A stretch of 64,000 bases of DNA, taken from the NCBI RefSeq assembly GCF_009914755.1, contig NC_060942.1. One strand, given 5' to 3'. The notes beneath the pieces are model-generated. The model was not told the DNA's origin and ran no database searches. It saw nothing but the letters and a program-made list of their open reading frames with translations. This DNA comes from the human T2T-CHM13v2.0 reference genome, Homo sapiens. The position numbers and the translations under genes were made by a program. This document shows positions 45,751 to 60,700 of this stretch, one piece after another (positions within the stretch are counted from its first letter, which is position 1; each line of letters starts with the position of its first letter).

Positions 45751-46899
45751 TTTTTATCTTTAACTTATCACAGGCTTTGTTCAGATGACGTTATACCTCT
45801 TTGTGTATAGTATAAGAAACTTACAATAACAGTGTCATGTATTCCCTCCCAGTCTTTGTGCCTGTTGTCATACCTCTTATATTTGCAAGTGTTAAAAACC
45901 CCACAGAACACTGTTATTTTTCTGTTTAAGTAGCCAGCGACCTTTTAAAGAGTTTTTTTAAATAAGGGGAAAAAACGTGTATTTACCCTTGTAGTTATCT
46001 TTTCCAGTGCTTCCAGTGCTCTTTATTCCTTTTTGGAGGTTTGTATTTCTACCTGGCACCATTTTGCATATGCCCAAAGGATTTCCTTGTAGTGCAGGTC
46101 TGCTGTTGATGAATTATTTTACCTTTGTGTATCTGAACAGGTCTTTATTTCACCTTTGTTTTTCAAATATTTTTTCACCTGGTATAAAATTCTAGGATGA
46201 CAGGTTTTTTCTCCAGCGCTGTAAATATGTTGATCCATTTTCCTCTTACTTGTATTGTCTTCAGTAGGAAATTTGCTGCCATTCTTATATCTTTTTGTTT
46301 TGTTTCATATGCATCTATTTTCTGTTCTTCTGTATCAATGGTTTTCATCAATTTGATTATGAGCTGAATTGATATGATTTTCTTCATGTTTCTTCTAATT
46401 GTGGCTTGTTATTCCTCTTGGATCTGTTGGTTTACAATTTTGAACAAATTTTGAGAATATTCAGCATTATATCTTCAAATATTTTTGTATCACCTCCTTC
46501 ATCTTCTCTCTGTCAGGAAATCCAGTAACCAATATGTGCTACGTTTACCGATGCTATTTATTTTAAATTTTTTTTTAAATTTTAAATTATTTTTTCTGTG
46601 TTTTTATTTTGGTTTGTTTCTATTGCTACATCTTCAATTTTCTGAATCTTTTCTTCCATGTTGAATCTTCCATTAATCGCATCCAGTGTAATTTTCGTCT
46701 TGGAAATTGTGGTTTCATCTAAAAGTTCAATTTCGGTGTCTTTACTATCTTTCATGTACTACTTAACTTTTTGAATATACAGAATACTTTATAATCATTA
46801 TTTCAGTGTTCTTGTCTGATAATTCCCATATGTTTTAATTGATTTTTCTCCAAACTAGTTTCATAATTTCCTACTTCTTTGCATGTGTGGTAATTTTTT

Positions 46900-47106
46900 A
46901 TTGAATTTCACACACTGTGACTTGTACTTATTGCATGCTGATATTTTTGTATTCTTTATAAATATTTGTCACATTTGTTCTAAGGCCCAGTTACTTGTAA
47001 ACATTGAATTTCACACACTGTGACTTGTACTTATTGCATGCTGATATTTTTGTATTCTTTATAAATATTTGTCACATTTGTTCTAAGGCCCAGTTACTTG
47101 TAAACA
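46900..47106. repeat. Perfect 103-bp tandem duplication (2 copies)
   Basis: 46901-47003 is identical to 47004-47106. Confidence 0.95.
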
Positions 47107-50100
47107 GTTTGATCCTTTAAGGTATTATTTTTAAGATTCGTTAGGTGAAACCAGAGAAGCATTGAATCTAGGGCTAGCTAGCCCCCATGACTAAAACAAG
47201 ATCCTTCTGATTGTTGTGCCCTATGCCCCAAGAATTATGAGATTTTCTTGTCTGGCTGGTGGGAATAGCTGTGTATGAATGCTGGGTACTTTTCTTTCCA
47301 ATCCTTTTGGAAAGGTTCTTCCCTGACTGAAGTACATTCCTGCACTGATTAATACTCTGTTGACTACCCAGAAGGAACCCTTGGTAGATTTTCAGGCTCT
47401 TTTTTTCTAGGTGGCTCTGTCTTAGTCTGTTTGGAGAGTTCTATCTACCTTGCTTTCTTAGGTCTCCCAACTTGGAGGTTTGGATGAGCTATGCCAGGGT
47501 TCCCCTTCCCTGTGTGATGCTATGGGAATCTTCTCAAGGTATCATAGTAAGCTGGGCCACTGGAGGGCTCACCTCCTTTGTTTTCCCTAGAATATAGTCT
47601 GTTATTGCTTGCTGTCTAGTGTCTTGAAAAGAGTTATATTTAGTCTAGCTTTTTATATGTTTCAGGCAGAAGGGGAAATTTGATCTCTATTCCTCTTTTG
47701 GCCAGAAGCGGAAGTCTTGCAAACATTTATATTTAAAATATGTTGATAGTGTACAATGATTTACAAAATATATAAAACTTTTTGACCTAATAATCCTACT
47801 TCTGGGAATATATCTTAAATATTTCCAAAAAGGAAACAGATGTTACATACACAACATTCTGTACAGCATTATTTGTAATGAGAAATTAGAAGGAATCTAT
47901 GTTTATCAAAAAGGAGAGGGGTTAAGATCAAGGCATATCTATGCAGTGAAATATTAGTGGTTTATTTTAAATGACAGTTTCTAAGATTTTCAACATTTAA
48001 AACACTAATACTAAATGTATTAAAAATATGTTAAAATAGTCCATGGTGTGTCATCATTGGAACTTTATAAAAGTATACACATTCTTATGAACTAAAAACT
48101 CAAAGAGAACGGGCTGCCTTCATGTCAGTGGTGTCACTGCTGAGTTGCAGTGCTTCCCGCCTGCACTCATACCCACATTCAGACCCCTGTGCTCTGCTCA
48201 GTGCTCAGCCCTCAGCCCTGCCTCCTCTGACAAGCTATTCTATTGTCACCAGTGTTTTCACAGGACAGGAAGAATCACCTGGCTACAACCAACTCGGTCA
48301 TCTTCACCTATTGTAGTATCTTCTCTCTCCTGACGTTCTCCTTAGACCACTGTCAACCATCACTTACTCCTGGTCTTTGACAGTATCCTTGAGTTGGATT
48401 CTTTGGGGGCTTATTCAGGTTTTCAGGGCGGGATGATGTTGAAAAGCCCAAAAGATTTCAAAACTGTCCAGCGTTTGATCACCTTGCTATTGAAAGACGA
48501 CCCACAACTGACTACTCAGTAGTGTTGTTTGTCCTCCCAGAGTCCTCTCTGCGGCTGCTTCTCTTGGCTCAGCAGAAAGAAGAATGAGTTAAAGATGAAC
48601 TGAGCAGCGGGACCGGTGACATCAGTCCTCCTCCACTCAGAAGGAAGCTGTTAAAATAGGACGAGCTGACTTTGCCCTTTCCTCCTTTCTGAATAATAGG
48701 CTTCATTTGCATGTGATTATTGTTTACTAATTACCTACCATTCACCTACAGCCCCCACCAATACTACTTCTTCCATACCCCTCTGCACTACATTTTAGCA
48801 TCTTGCTTGGGCAGGACACACAAGCCATTTAAACAGCTGCACAGTGATTGTTTTTCCCTCCTTGTGTAAGGTTTGTGCCTCCCTGAGGATATGTCTATTT
48901 TGGTTTTCATCATTATCATATCCTGACCTGAGAGAGAGTGATGAAATCAGCTTAGATAGAGCCCGTGGCCTTAAGTGATTGCTGTTAAAATAACTTCCCT
49001 GTGCAAGTTGTATAAAAATACAGGGCCATGAGAACACATTGCTAGGGCCCCTCCCAAGGTCTGGGAAGGGGCCTGTTTGAATGAGGGACTCTGAAACATA
49101 AGCTTTGTTAGCCCCCCGGTCCCACAGCATGAATTATGTTAACTGCCACTCTTGACCCTTACCTTTCTCTGTGGCAGGTATCCATTGGGAAAGACAGTTG
49201 CAGCAAGCTGAGAGAGGCATACTTTTGGAAAGTGAATTCTTTCTAGGATCCCTGAAATCAAACTCCACATGCAGCAGACTTTTTTACATGCTTGCTTGTC
49301 CAAATTTTCAGGAACCGTCCTTGGGCACCCAGAGTGAGTGAATGAGTGTGTACCCCTTGTTGGGTAGATGAATTAGCATAAAAAACAGGGTTACACCTTG
49401 CCTAAGTTCGTCCTTTGACTTAGAAAGCTGTTCACTGCTGCTCCTTTCTGTCTGAGGGTAGTTAGTCTGGGCCTTGCATCTAACCTGCTGGAGCCCATTC
49501 TCAAGCAAGCTTATACTAAAGCCAGAGCTTCCCCAAAACATAGTTGCGAGACCTTGGAATGAGGACTGTTGAGGATGTTGATAAACAGTTTCCACTGGTG
49601 AAATTTAAGTACCAGAGGTCAAATCACTTGTACAACATTGCTTGTTTGGCAAGAGGCAGTAGGGATGGCCTCAAACACAAGTTTCTTTGGCTTTAGAGCC
49701 TGCACTTGCCACTACTTGCCTGGCCTACCTCCCATGTCTTCCCTTCAAAGCTCTTGTGGAGTAACGGGTCTGATCATTCTCCATTCCTGACCATTGCAGT
49801 GCTCTGTCCATTTGGCCAAGGGGATTCCTGCCAGATGGGCCTAGCAGAGTGCCTGGTGCTTAACAAATGCTGCAACTGTTTGCATGAGTGGGTGTGTATG
49901 TCAGTCTTTAGAAAAGCTAAGAGAGTTTGGACCAAAAGGAGGGTAACACCTCTCATAGATCGCCACAGTTTGGGTTGAAAGACTGGAGAGAGGCTGCAGC
50001 ACAGCCTTGCAGTAGTTTTTCATTAAAACTTTCTTCTATAGCTTTGTGTGTGTGTGTAAAGAGCAGCTGTTTTTTTTTTTTCTGTTTTTTTTTTTTGTTT

Positions 50101-51187
50101 CTTTGTTTAAGGAAATATTTAATTATAGTGTATAAAGCAGTGTTTGTCAACCTTCTGTTCAGAATCATCCCCCTAAGGTGCCTTTTCATATATTTTTTTC
50201 TGAATCACCCCCATACCCCAACCCTCATGAAATTTAAATTCCGCAGACATTCTGTTTATGTATTCTTCCCCTGTGGAGGGCTGTACACATTTGTGATATC
50301 TAAGATGTTTTTGTTCCCAAGAATCAAATTTCATGTTTCTAGCTCCTATTAAGAATTTATGGTCTGAAGTATTTATTCCATTTCAGTAGCTGATAACATG
50401 AGAAATGCTTATATAATTACAGAAATGAAAGCAAAATACTAGTCATTGATTGACAGCCAGTAATTACTATAAGGATGGCAAAACAATTCTGTTCTAATGA
50501 ACACGTAATTACAGCTGCTGGGGAATAGCTATTAAATAAATGGAATCTAATGTGTTGGCCCAGGAGACAGGATGGGTGGCGGTGAGGTCTGGGGACACTC
50601 AGCCTTGTCACATGGGTCAGCTCCATAGGGCTGGGCTAGTCTCATACCTGTTTGTGCACAAGGAACCACCTCCCAGGACTGTTAGAGCACACGTCCAAGT
50701 CAGGAGGCCTTAGTTGCGTTTATGATTTTCTGCTGTGGCTATTAGGCTGCTAGTTTTTTGAGAAGTACTATTTTTGATATGATTTGATTTTGACTTTTTT
50801 ATTGTGGATATATCATAAAAACACGTTAACCATTTTTGTACAATTCAATGACATTAAATATCTTCATAATGTTGTGCCACCATCATCACTATTTATTTCT
50901 AAAATGTTTTCATCACCCCAAACAGAAATTATATACCCATTAGGAACTAGCTCCTCAATCTTCCTTACCCCCACTCCATCTTTTTTCTTTGTACACTATC
51001 AATTTAGAGCTAACAGAGATGACTGAGTGTGGTCACAATAGGAAGATTTCTCGTTCTTTGACCATTATGCTTGTGTTGGTATTGTTGTAGGCCATAAAAT
51101 ACACAAAACCAATATGATTAAAAATATGTTGGGCAGGCTTGTAATACTTCCCAAGAATTTAGGTTTCGCTAAATGGTAGGCAAGTGA

Positions 51188-51559
<372 letters not shown>

Positions 51560-54500
51560 TGACAACTACACTGGATCTTCATTTTTAAAAAGTCCCATTA
51601 TAGAGGTCTATAATAAAGGAATTAAAGTCCTCTGAGAAGAAAGTAAGGGACTGTCTTGTTTAAAAACATTATTTACTATGTTGCATGATATGATTTAAAA
51701 ATGTTTAAAGAGTTGAAATTTTGAAACCGTGTCTATCAAACATGCAGCTGTGCAGCTTAGCAAATATGGATGACATTCAGATGCCATTTCCAGCCATTTG
51801 GAGCCTGCTGGGCTGAAGCGGACCAGTGCCTCCTACTTCGTACCTATCCACAGTTCTCTGCCTCATTGGAGAGCAGGACGTGGAATCTTAGGTTATTCCT
51901 GGGTTTGCCTTTGAGCTTGGTTTTGGTGAGAAGCAGGTGTTGATGCTGAGCCTGCTGGGGAGAGCCATAACTCAAGCACAGCCTTTAAAGTAATAGTTTG
52001 GTTTAGCATTGAGCAGTGGCTTATATCCCTGGCCATACAGGAGACTCACCTGTGGAGCCCTGACCAACACCAATGCCAGGTCTACTCACATGCCCAGGTC
52101 AATCAGGTGCTGGAAGTGAGATCCAAGGCGTGAGGAGGGGCAGTGGTTTAAGGCTTTGCTGTGATGATTCTCCTCTGTGGACAGGCCTAGGAACCCTGAG
52201 CCTGTCAGTCAGGGCCTGGGATGCCGGCCATCATGTAATCGCAGGACACAGTTTATGTGGCCTTTGCATGGGCTCAGCAACGAGTCCCCTCAGGTACGTG
52301 CTTCTAGACACAGAGTCTTCATGGTTGGTGAAATTTTAGTAAGGAAGTTGAGTAAATTGAGGGTTTTTAAAGTTAAAATTCTAAAAGTGTTGAAATCCTA
52401 AATAGAGAGAAGTACAGAATTAATATACTAGCATGTACTCTTAATTGTTTTACATAACATCCAAAAACCTATTTCTGATTTTTACAGAGGACTGATTTTT
52501 GAAGGGTTGTATATTAATAAGGCACATTTGTGGAATCATGTCTGAAACCTCAGACTGCAGATAGAAATACCTAGTGAAAGCTTGCTCCCTAGTGCCAGAC
52601 ACTTCATAATACACCCCCGCAGGGGCTTTCGAGTAATGTTACCTTGGAACTGGGAGTTTTGGAGGTCTTTGGGTTAAACCCTTGTGTCTCTCAGATGATA
52701 CCATTGAAGTCCAGAGAGGTTAATTAGCATAACAGCATCAAGAACAGCCAACCATCAGCCACGTGCTGTGCTAATACATCAGCATATTTCATCCTAACCA
52801 TACAGGATCCAGGTTGGACTTGTCTTCCATCTTATGACTGCGTAAGCTCCATAGTTTTTGGAAGTAAGAAATGGTGGAGATTACATGCAAACCAGCTTCT
52901 CCGTGGGTTTAAGTCCCGTGAGTTTTCTTGATGCGGTACTGTCTTAGAAGCAAAAATCAGGGGAACTATTCTGGTATCTTTTCTTTTCTCATGCCCTGGA
53001 AACTCATGTGTCTTCTCCCAGCTACATGTGCCCCATCCTTTAAGGTATGTTTCTTGTCAGCCTCTCCATGAATCCTCCTCTAATTACTCAGGCTCATATC
53101 AGCTGCACCCTTCTCTGAATCTGGGTGTTTATGAGCTCCATTCCACTCTGCTTGGGCTTAATTACTCGTCTCTACACCTTGTGTTCATTGTCTCTGTCAC
53201 CTGGTAAGCAGGGATGTCAGTCAGGGACAGATGCCCTAAGTGTATGTGTCCTGCATGGGCCGTCACTAAGCTAGGAGGAGCTGCTTTTCCCGGGTTCATT
53301 GGCCAAGCCCTTGTCACTGACTCGGTGTCACCCCAGGTGACACCCCAGGTGAACACATGAGCGCGAATGAGACAGTCCAGCCACTGCTGACCCTGCTGCA
53401 GAGTCCATTTCTGGTTCATTCCACCTGTGGCTGTGACCTGTTTTGGAGAGGCTGTGTGCTTCCACTGGTATTTCATTGGATGTAAGTCTTAGAAGATCAT
53501 TATAGAATAGATCATTAAAATGACTGTTTTACTTTCCATAGAGAACCTAGAAGTCTGCCAAAAATTTTTAGAGGTTCAAAACTTGCTAATCTGTTATACT
53601 TTCCTTCATTCCTTTGGTGTCTCCTTATCTAAAATATGGGGGACTGTAGAACGGGAAAGACTGGGAGAGGGTGAGGAGCATAGGTGTAACTGAGGCTGCT
53701 ACAGCCCAGCAGTAATGAAGCACCTGTTTCTGTACAGGTGGCTGATGAGGGCTCCTTTTAAATCTTTAGCATGGGAATCTTGGATATAAACTTTGCTGCT
53801 GTTGGGAAGATGAATGAATAGGCCAGAAACAAACCAGTCTTCTGTGTGTATTAGATGGGAGAAGATGCAGAGAGCTTAGCTACATAATGTCCTGCTGGGA
53901 AGAAAGGTCTATCAGAAAGAAGCACATCAGTGTCAGTGTTTCTGTTTGGAAGGCCTGGGGAGGAGGGAGGGGAGACGGGCCCTCCCTCCTTTGAGAGTTA
54001 CTAAGAGTTAAGCTTGTAAGTGTTAGGGGAGAATATTAGGTCTGATTTTTTTAACAACTTTTTTGGGGGACCTTTTTTAGAAAATGGTCATTCTAAGGTA
54101 GAGAGAGGGTAGTAATTTAAGACTGCTTTAGAAAAATTTGCATTGCAAATGCTGCTAAATGTCAGCAAGGGACTCAAAACTTTGACACCTTGTTGGAGCT
54201 CTTTGTGCTGATTAAATTCTTGTCTCCAGCCTAGAATTGGCAGCTTATTCTCCTTAATTTTCATGCTGTAATAGGTATTGAAAGAGTATTTCTTTGACAG
54301 TTGCCCTTGGGGAAAACTGGACCGGAGCTTGTTATTTAGGGCAGACAATTAAGTGGAAAAGAATAATAACTAGACTCCAAGGTCTTCATTTAGTTCCAAG
54401 AATGTCAACAATATCAACCTCTTTTTAATACTTACTGCGGGCTCTGGTGAATAATGGAAATTAGGGGTAGACAAATCCAGTTCAGAGTTAAGAAGAATGA

Positions 54501-57284
54501 ATTTTAATGGTCTGATTAAAATTAATTGAAATCCCTTCTTTAAGATGAATTAGCCCTTCCCAGAAGATAAGGGGTGAGTGATACTAATAGTTTTGTTTTG
54601 TTTTTCTCTCTGGAGATTACTTTGATTTAAAAACTCACTGCACATTTTCAGAGCTCCTGTGTTCTAATTGAAGAAAGCAGTGCCTATCTTGGTGCTTAGT
54701 GATGGGCTCATGGAAGAACTGATTGTACCCTACAGTATCCCCATCTTCATTCCCAATGTGCAAATCACAGATCATTCCTCCCAAAACAAAATAAAACCTA
54801 GTTACCACTGATACTTGCTTATAGCAGAATGTTGCCCTGTGGTAAGTTTCTTTAATGTTTCATACCATTCATTTATTTTTTTTTCTGTACTTTTGGTAGA
54901 AATAAATAGGAATTATTTCCAGTCACATTCTCAAATGGCAAAATATCTTATTGAATGGCAACAGAAAAGTATTTTCTTTATACTGCTTCTGTAAAAGAAA
55001 ATGAAGTGAAGAGTGGGAAGACAGACAAGCCAAAATACTCACACATCAGTGAGAGGAATCTTGCGTTTCATGGTGGAACTCTGTGGCCTCAAATATGCAA
55101 GTGGACACTTGGTTTTTGAAACCAAAGCCTTGTCTCATACATAAAAAGGGCTGGTTTGTGGTAAAAGTTGTGATATATCTATAGTTATAATAATGCTTTA
55201 AAAAACTGCATTTAAAATGCTGAGACCTAAACTAGATAACTCCCTTAAACGGGATTATATCTCTGTGCCCATTTACAGAACACATGCAACCTTAATTTCA
55301 CTGTCATATAGAAAAAGGAAGAATGGATGAGGAATTGATTAAAAGATTACACAGAGCAGCAATATTTAAGAGCTGTTTGTGCAAAAAGTCAGATGATTTT
55401 GCCAGGAAGAGATCGTCTTTCAACTTCATCAATGGCGTTTTGGTATCTTTGGCTGGAGGACAGGACATGAACAAGCAGGCAAATAACTAATTTGGTATCG
55501 GATCCTTGTATGTATCTCTAATGTATCTCTAAGAAAACATTTTTAAAAATTTTAAACATTTTTAAAAAATCAAGTCTAGCTCTGTTTGTAGAATGAATAT
55601 TTATTTATTTTATATGTAAGGACTTCTGTTAAATGTAAGGCATGTTTAACTTACAGAAAATTTATAGGTTTCAAGTCAAAGCCTTCAGATGGTAGCAAAA
55701 GGTTCAGAGACAAAGGAGCCCAGATGGTCTGGGCAGGAAGCTGAAGGGCCAGAGGGTTGGCTGGAGGTGTAGTGGGGACCCTGGGCCCTGTCCCAAGCAA
55801 GACGGAACCAGAAGGTGTTCCAGCTTCAGCTGAAGTATTTCATGCCTTGGAAAAGTCATTGGTAAGAACATCTATTATGGATTTGAAAAGGAGTGGGCAT
55901 CAAAGGCGGGAGACCAGCCAGGACCCGCAGTTGCTATTGTCCAGGAGAGATCATGGTATCTGAACCTGGGGCAGTAGTAGAGAGGAAGAGAAGACCTGTC
56001 TCAGAGGAACAATTAAGGGAATTGGGTGACTCACTGAAGGTGGAGGATGAGGAAAGGGAAGGAGTCTGGAATAGCAGATTCCAAAGTTTTCTGATTGGAG
56101 ACCTACAGGAAAAAAAAAATTATACTTATATAAAATGAAAATAAGAACAATATTTCCCTTAATAAGTGCAGTGTACTGCGTTTTCTGTTCTATTTCATTT
56201 ATTGAAAAATATGCATTACTGGTCTTATTAGATGGATTTTTACAACTTTCTAGTGGTATTTGAAAATGCAGGTATACAGTGAGCTCCATTGTCTAGCCTG
56301 GGTGACTGGGTGATGTGTCCTGTTAACAGGGTCCCTTAGGACCTACTGAGGTAGGCAGGATGAGGAGTATCTAGTGCTGAGGGGGAAGGGAAGTCAAAAT
56401 CCTTCAGTCCTGCTTCCAGCAAAGCATCTGGGAGTTAGCTGTTGTCTGTGAGGCTTCCTTTTAACAGTTCATTGCAGTAAAGGGCTACCAGTTTTAAAAA
56501 GGAAGGGAAGAAGAAAAGGGAAGTAAAGAAGGGAGGAAGAGATGGAGGAAGGGAAAAAGAAGAGAAAGGATTAAAAACCATGGGCTTAGCATGCTGAGAC
56601 AGAATTGCAAATGGACCCTGGGCCCAGGAGTTGCTCCATCCAGGCCACCTTCCACATCGCTGTTAGATTTCTTATTGTAAAAACAGAGCAAGGAGGAGTT
56701 TTGGTTTGGAGTAAGATGGAGTAAGTACACAGGACCCTGTCTTTCCCGATGAATTCAACTATAAAACCTATAAAGACAACTATTCAATTGTCCTTCCCAA
56801 TAAATTCAAGGATAAAATAGAGCAACTATTTGAAGACTCTGAAGAGTAAATGGTAGGAGGCAGATTGGGGAAGAAGACTAGAACTTAGAATATTGAACTG
56901 ACAGTGCTTTTAACATTTTTCTTCTGGTATTCTCTGGTCTGGACTCAAATTAGTGCAAAACCCAGAAGTGGACTTGGGTGTGGACAGAGAGAATTCAAGA
57001 TCTTTCTATTTCTGGCTTGAGTAGGAGGAGTCTCACATGTTTCTCACTCTGTTATCTTGCCCCCTCTCCCCCAGGTAATCCCATGGTGAGAACAGCAGGG
57101 GCATATGGGCACCTAAAACTCTGAGGAGTGGGGTGGAAACTCACTCACAGAAGTCTGGTTTTTCCTTCTCTGTTTTTCTGCTTGGCCCCAGTTGTGGCTA
57201 GCTATAGTCATGGAAATTAAGTGGCTGAACAAGTTAAGTAATGCTCCAGCTCTCTGGCTGAAGGACTAAGAAGGGGGAGCCTCA

Positions 57285-57566
57285 GCTGGGTGTGGTGGCT
57301 CAAGCCTGTAATCCCAGCACTTTGGGAGGCTGAGGCAGGTGGATAACTTGAGGTCAGCAGTTTGAGACCAGCCTGGCCAACCGGACAAAATCCCATCTCT
57401 ACTAAAAATACAAAAAAAAAAAAAAAAAATTAGCCAGGCATGGTGGTGCACATCTGTAATTCCAGCTACTCGGGAGGCTGAGGTACCAGAATCACTTGAA
57501 CCGGGGAGGCAGAGTTTGCAGCGAACTGAGATGGCACCAGCCTGGGCGACAGAGCAGACTCTGTCT

Positions 57567-57605
<39 letters not shown>
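57285..57605 (+). mobile_element. AluS inserted in the L1M, long poly-A, ~10-bp right-arm deletion
   Basis: TSD-like GGGAGCCTCA on both sides. Confidence 0.9.
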
Positions 57606-57607
<2 letters not shown>

Positions 57608-57672
57608 TGGTGGAGGGAGCCTCAGGGAACCTAAAAGTATCAGGAATATAATGGAGAAGGAGAAGCTCAGGA

Positions 57673-57745
57673 ACGTGAAAGTTTTATGTGAACCCCTGGG
57701 CTCCACACACGTGAAAGTTTTATGTGAACCCCTGGGCTCCACACA
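57673..57745. repeat. Perfect 36-bp tandem duplication
   Basis: acgtgaaagttttatgtgaacccctgggctccacac occurs twice in tandem. Confidence 0.93.
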
Positions 57746-60700
57746 GACTGCATGCATGAATCTGACCCTAAACAGCATAGCAATGACTTTGAGAACTGAA
57801 CAAGATAGATACTGCCCAGGCCCCAGACTGTCGACTTTGTAGTACACATACAGAGGTCAACCAAATGGCACGGCAAGGGCTCTGAAAACTGAACTGATAT
57901 TAGAGCCACAGAAGACAGGTCAGAACTTGTGACTCAAACTGAACCAGGTTAATTGCCTGCTTAAACAAAAATGTCAACATTTTCTGTAATATTTAAACAA
58001 AACCCAGAGTTTCATAACATTATTTTAAAAATATCCAGGAGATAAGCCAAAATTACTTGGCGCGCAATGAACTAGGAAAATCCCAACTTGCATGGGAAAA
58101 GATAGATCACCACCCCTGGGCCAAGTTGATACAGATACTTGATTTTTCAGTTTTTAATGCAGCCATTATGAAAATGCTTCAGGAAGTAAGAGTGAACATT
58201 CCTGAAATGAATAGAAAGATGGAAAGTCTCATTAAGAAATAGAATATATAGAGAACCCAATGGAAAATTTAGAAACGAAATTTACAATGAAAGATACAAT
58301 AACCAAAGTAAAAAGCTTACCAGATGGGCTCGGTAGCAGATTGGAAATGATAGACCTTAAATAAGACACATTAGTACTTATATTACATATGACTGGTCTA
58401 ATCACAGTAATTAAAAGACAGACATTAATGAATAAATGAAACAAGACCCAACTAAATGCTGCTTACAAGAAACCCACTTATAATGCTATAGGTGGTTTAA
58501 AAGCAAAAGGATGCAGGAGAAAAAAACATGCAAACACTAATCAAAAGAAGGTGAAGTGACTATATTAATTATTAGAAGAAGTAGGCTTCAGAGCAAAGAA
58601 AATAATTAGAGGCAAAGCAGACATTATAATGACAAAAGAATCAGGTCACCCAGAAAACTAGAGCTTCAAAATTCATAAAGCAAAAACAGAACTGAAATAA
58701 GAAATAGAAAAAATTCTGTTGTAGTTGGAGACTTCAATACTTCTTTTTTGGTAATCAATAGAATTGACAGACTGAAAATCAGCAAGGCTATGAAGGAACT
58801 GAATGGCACCATCAACCAAATAGTTCTAATTGACATCTTTAGAAAACACTACCCAACTACAGAGAATACATATTACTTTCAAATATGCATAAAACATTCA
58901 CCAATATAAATCATATCATGGGTCACAAAATAAACCATAACCAATTTAAAATAATTGAAATACTGTAATTTCTGACTGGAATAAAATTAAACTGTAAATC
59001 AGTAACGGAAGGAGAACATGAATATGTCCAAACTCTTAGAAATTAACACACTTCTAAATAATCCATGTGTTGAGGAATTCTCAATGGAAGTTAGCAAACG
59101 TTTTGTACTAAATGAAAATACAACACATCAGATTTGTGGGATGTGGTTGAAGCAATGCATGAGGGAAATTTCTAGCATTACCTGCATATATTAGAAAAGA
59201 GGGAAATAATAATGTAAGCACCTACCTTAAGAAACTAGAGTAAGAAAAGTAAAATAAAACCAAATAAGTAGAAGGAAGAAAATAATAAAAGTAGAAATTG
59301 ATGAAGTTGAAAGCGGAGAAAAAAATAGAGAAAATCAATGAAACAAAAAGCTGATTCTGTGAAAAGAAAAATAAAATTGACCAACAAGAATGACAAATGA
59401 AAAAAGAGAAGATATGCATTGCTAACATTAAGAATGAAAGGGGATTAAACTTCACTTCAATGAATTATGACAGAATACTATGAACAACTCTCAGCACATA
59501 AAATTGATACATTAGATGAAATGGATCAATTCCTTAAATGGATCATTTCCTTAAAAACCACAAACTACCAAAACCCACCCAAGATGAAATGATAACCTGA
59601 CTAGCCCCATTACTGTAACTATTAAAGAAATTTAATTTGCAGTTAACCTTCTTAACAAAATATCTCCAGCCCCAAACAGTTGCCTGGTGAATTCCACCAA
59701 ACATTTAAAGATAAAATAAAACCAATTTTACAAAATCTCTTCCAGAAAACAGAAGAGGAGGAAACACTTCCCAATTCATTTTATGAGGTCAGTATTACCA
59801 TGGTATGAAAACCAGACATAAAATACACTGAACAATATTTATTATGAACAAAGATGCAAAAAATCCTCAACAAATATTAGTAAATCAAATCCAGCAATAT
59901 ATGAAAAGAGTAATATGCCATGGTCAAAAAGGATGCAAGACTCATTGAGTATTTGAAATTCAGTTAGTATAACCTACTGCATTAACAATCTGAAGAAGAA
60001 AAAACACAATCATATCAGTTGATGTAGAAGAAGCATTTGACAAAATTCATTCATTCATGATTTACAAAAAGCTCTTAGCAGACTAGAAATTGGAGAAACT
60101 TTCTCATCTTGATAAAAGACAATTTACAAAAACATATGTCTAACATCATAATTAATAGTAAAGGATTATTAATGCTTTCTCCCTAATATTAGGAACAAGG
60201 CAAGGGTGTTCACTCTCACCACGCCCATTGAATATTATACTGAAAGTCTTCACTAGTGCAATAGGGATGGGAAGAGGGATATAGATTGGGAAGGAAGAAA
60301 TAAAATTGTTCTTTTTCACAAACAGCATTATTGTCTATGTACAAAATTCCAGGAAATCTACAAAAACAAAACAAAAAATCAAACACTCCTAGAATTAATG
60401 TTTAACAAAGTTATAGGATATAAGGCCAATATACAAATTCAATTTTGTTTCTATATACTAACAATAAACAATTAGGAATGGAAAGGTTTTTAAAACACCG
60501 TTTGTAATAGCTCCAAAGAATGTGAACTACTTATAATTTTGGCAAAAAATACCATCCCAAACAAACATATATTGCATCTATAGTTGAAAACTATAGAACA
60601 CTGATAAAAGCAATCTGCGAAGATGTATAATAAATAGACATAACAGGTTTATAGGTTAGAAGATTCAGCAGAGTAAAGATGTCAGTTCTCCTAGAATTTA

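Noticed and set aside
57673-57745. 36-bp direct repeat of CRISPR-like length
   Set aside because: Only two adjacent copies with no spacers, no cas genes and a eukaryotic context. It is a simple tandem duplication.
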